Origin: an uncultured Planctomycetaceae bacterium
Lineage (GTDB): Bacteria; Planctomycetota; Planctomycetia; Planctomycetales; Planctomycetaceae
Direction: 5' to 3'
Length of the DNA stretch: 64,000 nucleotides
Assembly (NCBI GenBank): GCA_963813715.1
Contig: CAWFAK010000017.1
Coordinates: 960,001-1,024,000, forward strand
Part shown: positions 45,657 to 54,657 of the stretch, one piece after another
How the letters are laid out: each line of letters opens with the position of its first letter
Numbering within the stretch: the stretch's first letter is position 1
The notes under the pieces: model-generated
Database searches by the model: none
What the model was told of the DNA's origin: nothing
What the model saw: only the letters and a program-made list of their open reading frames with translations
Translations under genes and position numbers: made by a program

Positions 45657-45809
45657 GCTGCCGACCGTTGAGTCCAGGCCTTAGGCTGAGTGACGGGGAT
45701 AGCCACCAACTCAAAGTGGCGGCTTGCGAAACGCCAGCTCACATGCCGTGCGCCGGCAAGGTACACTGATATGCGATTCACGACTTTCGTTTCTTATGGA
45801 GATCTCTGC

Positions 45810-46439
45810 ATGGCGGGCCGTCGTTTTCCCATCCAAGTCGTGGCATCGTTCCTCGCAATCTTGCTCGTGTTCGCTTGCTCTGACTCGGCCCGTGCGGCGA
45901 AGTACAATCGTAAGGTCGACGTTGGCAAACCCGGGCCGAAGTTCGAGGGGCTGATGGGAGTTGACGGTAAATCGCATAGCTTGGACGACTACAAGTCCGC
46001 CAAAGTGCTGGTGATCGCCTTCACCTGCAATCACTGCCCGGTCGCGCAGATGTACGAAGATCGTTTCATCCGCTTCGCCAGAGCCCAGAAAAAGCGGGGC
46101 GTCGTCTTCATCGCCATCAGCTCGAGCCTGCTCCCTCCAGACAGCCTCGACAAGATGAAGGAGCGGGCCAACCAGAAGGGATTCGATTTCCCCTATCTCA
46201 GCGACTCGACGCAAGAAGTGGGCAGGGCCTACGGAGCAACCGTCACCCCGCAGCTCTTTGTCCTCGATCGCGAACGCAATATCGCCTACATGGGAAAGTT
46301 CGACGACGATATCGAGCCTGAGAAAGCGCAGCGGTCCTACGTCCGCGACGCCGTCCATGCCCTGTTGGACGGAAAGCGGCCCGATCCCGACGAGACACGG
46401 GCCACCGGTTGCGGCATCGAGTACGGCAAACCGCAGTAA
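45810..46439 (+). CDS. Exported thioredoxin-family (AhpC/TSA-like) protein
   Basis: Signal peptide; FTCNHCP, FPYL.D, GATVTP and TGCGI. Confidence 0.88.
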   Translation: MAGRRFPIQVVASFLAILLVFACSDSARAAKYNRKVDVGKPGPKFEGLMGVDGKSHSLDDYKSAKVLVIAFTCNHCPVAQMYEDRFIRFARAQKKRGVVFIAISSSLLPPDSLDKMKERANQKGFDFPYLSDSTQEVGRAYGATVTPQLFVLDRERNIAYMGKFDDDIEPEKAQRSYVRDAVHALLDGKRPDPDETRATGCGIEYGKPQ

Positions 46440-46498
46440 CCGCCCTCGCCGCTGACAAGCCCAAATCGGAAAACGCGGCAATCGGAAGGAATCGAGCA

Positions 46499-47176
46499 AT
46501 GTTGAACGGAACTCGCTTTGAGACTGCGCGCGTGCGGACTGCGTGGCTGGCAAGCTGTATGTTTTTGACGGCGACGCTGCTCGCTGGCTGCGCTGGAAAC
46601 GAACCGCCTGCGGCCTCGTCCGGCACCGCTGGCGCGGGTGCTTCCGGTGCGGCCAATACCAGTGAATCTCCCCCTAGGGGAAAACCCCTAGTTGCCCCCT
46701 CAGCAGTCGCCGACGCCCACGGAACATCGCAGGTCAAAGTTGAGCCGGCCTCGCCGGAAGAGTATCAGAAATATGTCGCCAGCCTGCGCGGTAAGGTGGT
46801 CTTAGTCGATTTTTGGGCCACCTACTGTCTCCCCTGCCGCGAGAAGTTCCCGCGCACCCTTGCATTGGCGAAAAAGTATGCCGATCAGGGGTTTACCGCG
46901 GTTTCGATGAGCATGGACAGTCCCGATCCGTCGTATCAGAAAAAGATTCTCGAGTTCTTGACGCAGCAGAATTCTGAGATAAAAAACCTCGCCAATCGAC
47001 TCGAAGATACGGACGCGGCCTTTGCGGCCTTGGATATCGACGGTGGTGCACTACCGCACTACAAGATCTACGGGCGTAATGGAAAGCTCAGAAACAAGTT
47101 CGGCGGCGACCCCGACCACCCGTTCGACGACGCCGACATCGAGAAAGCGGTCGTCGCTGCTCTCAAAGAGCAATGA
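46499..47176 (+). CDS. TlpA-like disulfide reductase lipoprotein
   Basis: LAGC lipobox; GKVVLVDFWATYCLPC and cis-Pro-type ALPH. Confidence 0.88.
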   Translation: MLNGTRFETARVRTAWLASCMFLTATLLAGCAGNEPPAASSGTAGAGASGAANTSESPPRGKPLVAPSAVADAHGTSQVKVEPASPEEYQKYVASLRGKVVLVDFWATYCLPCREKFPRTLALAKKYADQGFTAVSMSMDSPDPSYQKKILEFLTQQNSEIKNLANRLEDTDAAFAALDIDGGALPHYKIYGRNGKLRNKFGGDPDHPFDDADIEKAVVAALKEQ

Positions 47177-47193
47177 GCGAAAGCTTAAGCTCG

Positions 47194-47379
47194 AGTTAAA
47201 TCGAGAATACTTCTTGGTTTAGCAGGAATCGTGGGGTATTCTGATGAAACTTTGGCATTTTCCGACTCGTAATTCCTGTAGGCGAGTTTAAAGAAGGTGC
47301 GGGGGCAGACTTCGACTTTTTGAACCGTCGTGCTTGCTTTTGCGTTAAGCGATCGACGAAGAGCCAGTTAAATCGAGAA
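47194..47379. repeat. 14-bp exact direct repeat AGTTAAATCGAGAA
   Basis: Copies at 47194-47207 and 47366-47379 in an AT-rich intergenic gap. Confidence 0.7.
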
Positions 47380-47479
47380 CGGCGTCGCGGTGGTCGCGGC
47401 TGAGTAATGGGTCGTGTGGGCCGTGCGACGTTTTTAGGTAAGTTTTCGGCGCTTGAGCTGGGCAGGAGGGCTCATCCGC

Positions 47480-50476
47480 ATGCCACAGACGCACTCGGTC
47501 GCTTGCCCTGCTTGCGGCGCGTCCCTCAAGATCACCAAGGCTTCACTCGTCGGCAAGAAAGTTCCTTGCCCGTCGTGCAAGAAGCCTTTCGTGATCCAGG
47601 TACCGACGGACGTTTACATTCCGTTGGCCGACGACATCCCTTTAAAAGCATCGGATGGGCCGTCTGACGCGCCGACCAAGGCGGGCGCGTCCACTTCGAG
47701 CGTGATCAAGATCGCAGTCGACGCGCACGATCTTCCGCTGCTGGACGACGAACCGAAAAAACCGTCGCGCAGCCAATCGAGCGTACTCGATGTCCCGCTG
47801 AAATCGTCGAGCCGACGATCCGACTCCAAGGCCGACGCGCCCGTTCGCGAGCGGCCCAAAGAAGGATCGGGCGAACGCATCAAGTCGCGCGGGGACGCGA
47901 AGAGCGGAGCGTTTGCTTCGCAAGCCGAGTCGAGCGAATTCGACGCGATGCTTGCCGACTCGTCCGGCACCGATCTCTTGGACGAGGACGACGCGAAGCC
48001 CACGGCTAGACGCAAGGGCAAGTCGGGCAAGCGATCGGCGCCCGACATCGAAACGTCCGAGATCGATTCCATGCTCGCCGACACGGACGAGCAGGATGAA
48101 CGGGTGGCCGATAAACCGATTCTCCGCCGCAAGAAGGCGCGAACCAATCCCGAGCTCGACGAGACGGATTCGGAATCGATTGCCGTAGCTGTCCCCGATT
48201 ACGATGACGACGATTTGCCCCCTATGCCCGCGCGGACGCGATCGAGCGGCGGCTGGAACGTCGCGGAGCACGGCCCCTTGGTCGTTTGGACCAGTGTTGG
48301 CGCCGGTGTGCTGATCCTGCTGTTGCTGTACATCTTCTTCAGTTCGCGACCGTCCAGCGTGCCCTCTGCTCCCGCGAATGCAGTCGCCACGGAGACATCA
48401 GAGACGAAGGACGCGGAGGTGGCTGAGACCGAGAAACCGGCCGTCGACGCGTCAAAGGCCACGGATGAAACGGCTGAACCGTCTGGCGGGTCGTCATTAC
48501 TTCGGCACAAAGACAAGGCGAACGGAGCGAAGACACTCAAGTCGAGCGGAAAAACGGCCGAGCCAGCCGCGGGAACTTCGGACAGCCCGAAGACAGACGA
48601 TGAAGGAACGCAGAAGCCGGCCGGATCGCTCAAGCGCGAATCCTCGTCCTCTAAGGAGGCCAGCAAGGATTCCAGCCATGCGAGCAAGAAGGGCTCCAGC
48701 CCCGGCGCCAAGTCGGGATTTGACGTGAAGACGGCCGTGACGATGGCCGGCACCGCCCACGGTGAAGGCGGGACTTCCGCCAAGATCGGACGCACGATCG
48801 CCCCCTTCTCGGCCGCCGCGGTCGACAACACGACATTTCATTCGGCCGACCATAAAGAACAGGTGTTGGTTGTCGCGTTTCTGGGTGTCGAGTGCCCGCT
48901 GGCAAACCTGTACGCCCCAAGTCTTCGCGCGCTCGCCAGACATTACCAGGGCAAGTCCGTGGCGGTGATTGCGGTCAACGCCAATGCCCAGGACACGCTC
49001 GAGCAAACTCGGGCACAAGCCCGGGCCAACGGTCTGACCTTCCCCGTTTTGAAGGACGCCGGCAATGTCGTGGCCGACGCGTTCGCTGCCGAACGAACTC
49101 CCGAAGTCTTCGTGCTTGATGCCGCGCGCACCGTGCGCTACTGCGGCATGCTCGACGATCAGTACGGCTATCGCGAGCGGCGAGCGCAGCCGACCAAGAC
49201 CTACGTGACCGACGCAGTCGATGCCCTCTTGAAGTCCGAACCGGTGGCGGTCGCCGAGACTCCCGTGCAAGGCTGCCACATCGGCCGAGTCACGAAACCA
49301 TCCGAAACGGCAAAGTCGAGCTACTATCGCGACGTGTTGCCGATTCTGCAAAACCGTTGTCAGCAGTGTCATCGTCACGGCGAGATTGGGCCATTCGCGC
49401 TCTCAGACTACGAGGTGGTCCGCGATTGGGGCCCGACCATTCGCGACGCGGTGACCGAGCGACGGATGCCTCCCTGGCCCGCCGACCGGAAGATCGGCAA
49501 CTTTCAAAACGACTGCAGCCTGACCGACCAAGAGATCAACGCGATCACGCAATGGGTCGAAGAAGGGTGTCCGCAGGGAGACTCCGCTGAAAAGCCAGCC
49601 GAAAAAAAGTTTGTCGAGGGCTGGAACATCGGCAAGCCAGACCGCATCTTCAGTATGCCCGAGTCGTTTCACGTCCCGGCAACCGGAGTCATCGAATACA
49701 AGAACTTCTATGTCTCACCGGTCTTCACCAAGGACACGTGGGTGCAGGGAGTCGAGTGCCGATTCGGTAATCACAGCGTCGTGCATCACATGCTGGTGTT
49801 GCTCGACTTCCCGAAGGACCATTCCCGCTCGCAAGACGGGCTCGTGAATGGATTCTTCGCCGCTGGGGCACCGGGGGGCAGCTATTTCCTCTTCCCGCAG
49901 GGTTATGCCAAGAAAATCCCTAAGGGCGCCCGTCTGCGGTTTCAAATGCATTACACGCCCAACGGAACCGCGGCCGACGACCTTTCGAAATTCGGCATCG
50001 TGCTTGCCAAGGGAAATTCGTCTAAGGAAATTCAGACCTTCGCGCTGGGCAAGCCGGATATCCTGATCCCGGCCGGTGACGCGGACCACATGGAATGGGC
50101 CTCGCAAACCGTACCGGCCGATATCACGCTGACCGCGCTGATGCCGCACATGCACGTTCGCGGCAAGTCGTTCAGCTTCTTTCTGCAGCGCCCGAATGGC
50201 GAAAAAGAGCCCCTGTTGTCCGTACCGCGGTGGGACTTCAACTGGCAGTATCAATATGAGCTGGCCCAACCGCTCGTCGTGCCGCGAGGGTCGAAACTGA
50301 TCGTCGAGGCGCATTGGGACAATTCGGCGAGCAATCCCAACAATATTCTGCCCCTCGTTGACGCGCGGTTCGGAGAGCAGACGTTCGACGAGATGTTCAT
50401 CGGCTACATCAACGCGATTCCCGCCAAAACGGTCGCCGATACGGGCCACTCAGGCCGACCGCATCGCCGCGGCTGA
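47480..50476 (+). CDS. Zinc-ribbon / disordered linker / TM / redoxin / c-type cytochrome / copper type II monooxygenase-like protein
   Basis: AGGAGG RBS; CPAC..CPSC; TM; GVECPLAN...QGCHI; CQQCH; VVHHML, QMHY, MPHMHVRGK and DEMFIG. Confidence 0.8.
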   Translation: MPQTHSVACPACGASLKITKASLVGKKVPCPSCKKPFVIQVPTDVYIPLADDIPLKASDGPSDAPTKAGASTSSVIKIAVDAHDLPLLDDEPKKPSRSQSSVLDVPLKSSSRRSDSKADAPVRERPKEGSGERIKSRGDAKSGAFASQAESSEFDAMLADSSGTDLLDEDDAKPTARRKGKSGKRSAPDIETSEIDSMLADTDEQDERVADKPILRRKKARTNPELDETDSESIAVAVPDYDDDDLPPMPARTRSSGGWNVAEHGPLVVWTSVGAGVLILLLLYIFFSSRPSSVPSAPANAVATETSETKDAEVAETEKPAVDASKATDETAEPSGGSSLLRHKDKANGAKTLKSSGKTAEPAAGTSDSPKTDDEGTQKPAGSLKRESSSSKEASKDSSHASKKGSSPGAKSGFDVKTAVTMAGTAHGEGGTSAKIGRTIAPFSAAAVDNTTFHSADHKEQVLVVAFLGVECPLANLYAPSLRALARHYQGKSVAVIAVNANAQDTLEQTRAQARANGLTFPVLKDAGNVVADAFAAERTPEVFVLDAARTVRYCGMLDDQYGYRERRAQPTKTYVTDAVDALLKSEPVAVAETPVQGCHIGRVTKPSETAKSSYYRDVLPILQNRCQQCHRHGEIGPFALSDYEVVRDWGPTIRDAVTERRMPPWPADRKIGNFQNDCSLTDQEINAITQWVEEGCPQGDSAEKPAEKKFVEGWNIGKPDRIFSMPESFHVPATGVIEYKNFYVSPVFTKDTWVQGVECRFGNHSVVHHMLVLLDFPKDHSRSQDGLVNGFFAAGAPGGSYFLFPQGYAKKIPKGARLRFQMHYTPNGTAADDLSKFGIVLAKGNSSKEIQTFALGKPDILIPAGDADHMEWASQTVPADITLTALMPHMHVRGKSFSFFLQRPNGEKEPLLSVPRWDFNWQYQYELAQPLVVPRGSKLIVEAHWDNSASNPNNILPLVDARFGEQTFDEMFIGYINAIPAKTVADTGHSGRPHRRG

Positions 50477-50518
50477 GGGTCGAAGCAGAGAGCGGGCTAC
50501 GGCTCGAGATTCCGGCTT

Positions 50519-51071
50519 ATGCCGCGCGACAATGCTGCCGAGTCGTCCGATCCCGCGGACGAGCTTTTCGACGTGGTCGACGCTGACGATCGCGTCATCC
50601 GGCAGGAGCGGCGGAGCGTCGTTCATGCTCAGGGGCTCGCCCATCGAGCCGTCCACGTCTTTCTTTTCAATTCACGCGGGCAGCTCTTGGTCCAACGGCG
50701 ATCCGCTTCCAAGGACGAATACCCGCTGACTTACACCTCGTCAGCTTCCGGGCATGTCGGCGCTGGAGAGACCTACGAGCAATGCGCCTCGCGCGAGCTG
50801 CTGGAGGAAGTCGGCATCGAAGCCCCGCTGGAGCGGCTGGTCAAGCTGCCGGCCTCGCCAGAAACGGCCCAGGAGCAGACCGTTCTTGTTTCGCGCCGTG
50901 AGCGATGCGGTTCCCGCGCCAAATGAGATAGAAGTCGCCAGCCTGACTTATTTCACTCTCGACGAGCTCCGGGCGCTCGCGGCGGCCGACCCGGCCGCAT
51001 TCAGCCCCCCGTTTGCCACGCTCTTAGACTGGTACATCGCGCACCTCGGGACTGCGCCCGGGGCACACTAG
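50519..51071 (+). CDS. NUDIX hydrolase (IPP-isomerase-like), frameshift ~50890
   Basis: [21 protein letters not shown] and GHVGAGETY...RELLEEVG. Confidence 0.85.
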
Positions 51072-51088
51072 GGCCGGCAGCCGCCGGG

Positions 51089-51649
51089 CTAGCGCTTCAC
51101 GAGTTGCGTGATGGCGTGCGGCCCCGCATGGGGATTCGGCTCCTTGCCGGCGACGTCCAGGTTGAATTCCCAGTCCGTTTTGCCAGGAGACGCGATTTCG
51201 ACGTGAAACGGCGACGTGTCGGGGTCGTTGTAGAGGTTCTTGAGATCGTCCGGCCCGCTGAACTGCGATCCGCGACGAGGCACGAGTTCCGCGAACAACA
51301 CCGTGTATGCCCCCGGAGGCACACCGTCCCCCTTGGTATAGCGGGTAAACTCGAAATGCCCGTCCTTGTCGCACGCCGTGTAATAGAGCGTCTCATGACC
51401 CGGCTGCGCGTCCTTCGCGCTATAGAGGATCAGGACGAGAGCTCGCTTGCGCGGAATCGAGGGCGTCTGATGGTCGATCGTCGCGGTCCCGGAGAATCGA
51501 GCGACGCCGATCTGCGACCCCTTGGTTTCCGCGAGCTGCTCTTTGATTGCTTCGTCGACGCCAGGCCGCTGATTGCATCCGGCCAGTGCGATCGCGGCCG
51601 CGAAAAAGAGCGGCAGCCACGTCAGGAGCGAACGAAAGCGTTGGCTCAT
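51089..51649 (-). CDS. Lipoprotein, typical DUF1559-associated partner
   Basis: LAGC lipobox; DKDGHFEF...GDGVPPGAYTV and Y.DP.TSP. Confidence 0.75.
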   Translation of the reverse strand: MSQRFRSLLTWLPLFFAAAIALAGCNQRPGVDEAIKEQLAETKGSQIGVARFSGTATIDHQTPSIPRKRALVLILYSAKDAQPGHETLYYTACDKDGHFEFTRYTKGDGVPPGAYTVLFAELVPRRGSQFSGPDDLKNLYNDPDTSPFHVEIASPGKTDWEFNLDVAGKEPNPHAGPHAITQLVKR

Positions 51650-51783
51650 GCAGGACTCCCGAGATTCCCGGTCCACCCCGTTACCTGAGTGATCGGATTC
51701 CCAACTCGAGAAATTGGGCGCGGGCCCGACCCTACGAGCGTGTTTGGACGCTCGCGGGCCGGATTGTTCGCGCCGCAGACAGC

Positions 51784-53001
51784 TTAGAAGTTGTCGGTGA
51801 CTGGAGCGCGGCCGCAGTACGTGATCAAGCGGCAGAAGGTGACGACGCTGATGTTCTCGCTCACCATGTGAGCCGATCCGTCGCACATCGCAATTCCGCA
51901 CGAGCCCGGGTGGAAGCTGTACAGGCCGAGATTGACCTCGTTCGTGCAATTGATGAAGCAAGCCGGGGCGGCTCCGTTCGGATTGTGCGTCGGACCGCCG
52001 GGGGTCGGCGCGGCGCCGTGCCGTCAAACGTCGAACCATTGAGCACGACCCAGGCGTTGTCGATGCAGGCCCAACATCCGCCGGCGTTGGGCGGAGTGGC
52101 GGGGGCATTGGCGACTTTCACGCCGCGCTCCCATAAGTCGGGGCGACCGCCAAGCTCGGCGCAGAAGATAGTGGACGACGTCCCGTCGGTGATCAGGTCG
52201 ATCGAGATCGGCCTCACGCCGTTGCGAATCACGTTGAAGTTGAGCACGCCCAAGCGGCGCGTCTGAGCCGTGAACGCTCCCGGCCCCCCCGCGTTAAATG
52301 TCTCGACGCCCTGCGGGTCGGTCGGGCCAGCCGCGCCGTCGTAGGCGCACGCCAGGCCGCAGCAATAACCGCCGACGGCCGTGTAATCGCTGGCCCCCGC
52401 AAAGTACGACGGATAGGCGCAGAACGGGAAGAATCGCAGGCTCTTCTCCAAGAAAGGATTGGTGGTGCGGGGCGAAGAAGGGCAAACGAAGGAAGGAACG
52501 ACGCCCGCTGCCGGACGCTGCGCACCGGAAGGCGAGCCGTTGCAGCAGCTGCCCGAGTTGAGGGCGGTGTAGACCTGGCCTCCGTAAGTCGCGCAGCACA
52601 AGTTCGCGGGAGAAAAGATCGGCGCGTTCATGCAGATCCGGTTGTAGAGCGTCGTGGCCTCCATGAACTCCAGCAGCCGCTCGCCCCACACGTGGACGTT
52701 CCAGTCAGTGTAGGGCTGTGCAGGCCCCGTTCGTGAAGCAGCAGCAACCGCAGAAAAACTCATGGGTCGACATCTGCACCGGCCCGAGCAAGAGAGTGAA
52801 GGCCGGAGGGAACGTGTTGTTGACGTCGTGATAGTTGTGGGCCGCCAGGGCAATCTGCTTCAGATTGTTGCGGCACTGGCTGCGACGGGCCGCCTCGCGG
52901 GCGGCTTGCACGGCAGGTAGGAGGAGCGCGATCAGTACGGCGATGATCGCGATTACGACCAGCAATTCGATCAGCGTGAAAGCGCGTCGACGATGATTCA
53001 T
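51784..53001 (-). CDS. Prepilin-type N-terminal cleavage/methylation + DUF1559 protein, Cys-rich (frameshifts ~52730 and ~52010)
   Basis: [53 protein letters not shown] and H-X9-DG ([14 protein letters not shown]). Confidence 0.9.
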
Positions 53002-53075
53002 TGCAGTGTCCTTTTCAGTTCTTTAGAGAGCCTCCCATGAGGGGAATCAGGATGCGGCGGCCCGGACAATTGCAA

Positions 53076-53153
53076 CGCGGCACAAGTGCCAAGTTTCGTG
53101 CAGAATTCAACGAATTTCAAAGCTCAAATCTGTATTTGTTTACACGTTTGAGC
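53076..53153 (-). promoter_or_regulatory. Candidate sigma54 promoter plus dyad operator upstream of the DUF1559 gene
   Basis: Minus strand TGGCAC-TTGTG-CCGC (GG-N10-GC, 53091-53077); dyad GCTCAAA-nn-TGTA-N6-TACA-nn-TTTGAGC at 53122-53153. Confidence 0.4.
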
Positions 53154-53295
53154 GCTCATCCCAGGTATTCAGCCCGGACGGTGAGAAATCGCACGGATTG
53201 GTGCCGAAGACTGCGCCCGAGCCCCTGGGCTGGTCGGCTAAACCCTACCTCTCCAACGTCCGTGAACCCTTGGCGGGCCTAGATTTACGCAATCG

Positions 53296-53324
53296 TTGAC
53301 AGGCTTTCCGCCCTGGTCTAGTCT
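53296..53324 (+). promoter_or_regulatory. Candidate sigma70 promoter
   Basis: TTGACA 53296-301, 17 bp, TAGTCT 53319-24. Confidence 0.55.
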
Positions 53325-53406
53325 GGCGAATCGCGCTTTAGGGCGGTCCGCTGTCGCCGGACTGGGCCGCCCTCCAAAACCGGAATTGACACCAGAAGGA
53401 TTCACC

Positions 53407-54400
53407 ATGGCTCGACCTGTCACCCTTTTTACCGGTCAATGGGCCGATCTGCCGCTGGAGACGTTGTGCAAGAAGGCCCGCGAGTTCGGTTACGACGGAC
53501 TCGAATTGGCCTGTTGGGGTGATCATTTCGAGGTCGACCGCGCCATTTCCGATGATGCCTACTGCGGCCGCAAACGCGACCTGCTCGAAAAGCATGACTT
53601 GAAGTTGTTCGCGATCTCGAACCACCTGGTCGGTCAGTGCGTGCTCGACAACATCGACGCCCGCCACAAGAGCATCCTGCCGGAGCCGATCTGGGGAGAC
53701 GGCAAGCCGGACGGCGTCCGTCGCCGAGCCATCGAGGAAATGAAGAATACGGCCCGCGCCGCGCAAAAACTCGGCGTGCAAGTCGTTAACGGCTTTACCG
53801 GCTCGAGCATCTGGCACCTGATTTACGATTTTCCGCCAACTCCGCGAAATGATCGACGCCGGCTATCGGCTGCTGGCGGAACTTTGGAATCCGATTCTGG
53901 ACGTCTTCCAGGAGTGCGGAGTCAAATTCGGGCTCGAAGTGCATCCCACTGAAATTGCCTTCGATATCTATTCCGCCGAGCGGGCCATCGAAGCTCTCGA
54001 TCGTCGCGAGGAGTTCGGTTTCAACTTCGACCCCAGTCACCTCATTTGGCAGGGGGTCGATCCGGTCGAATTCATCCGGTCTTTTCCCGACCGCATTTAC
54101 CACGTCCACATGAAGGACGCGGCCGTAACACTGAGCGGCCGGACTGGCATCCTGACCAGCCATCTGCCGTTTGGGGACCCGCGCCGCGGTTGGGACTTCC
54201 GCAGTGTCGGCCGAGGCGGGGTCCGGTTCGAAGAGGTCATCCGAGCCCTGAACGCGATCAAATATGCCGGCCCGCTCTCAGTCGAGTGGGAGGATTCCGG
54301 CATGGATCGCGAAGCCGGCGCCCGGGAGGCTGCCCAATTCTGCAAAAACGTCGACTTCGAGCCCTCAAAGCGGGCGTTCGATTCCGCATTCGCCGAGTAG
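53407..54400 (+). CDS. Sugar-phosphate isomerase/epimerase (xylose-isomerase-like TIM barrel), frameshift ~53845
   Basis: [36 protein letters not shown] and SVEWED. Confidence 0.9.
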
Positions 54401-54435
54401 GATTTGGCCGGCTTGCGAGGTACGGCAATTGCGTT

Positions 54436-54456
54436 CCGAGGGCCGGTTGCCCTCGG
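54436..54456. other. GC-rich hairpin downstream of the isomerase gene (no U tract)
   Basis: CCGAGGGC-CGGTT-GCCCTCGG, perfect 8-bp stem. Confidence 0.4.
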
Positions 54457-54657
54457 CAACTGGTAATCCATCCGGAAACTGCCACGGCGCGGTGACTCAC
54501 CTTTCGGAAGCCCCGCGGCTGGCGTAGAATGAAGGCAATCGCAGTTTTCCGAATCCTCTGAACCAGCCGAGGAGCTGCATCCGCGCGAATCGCCCCGCGT
54601 TATCATCGAACGGATCGATAACTTCTTCATTTCGTTTCGCGGAGTCGTCGCGGTCAG

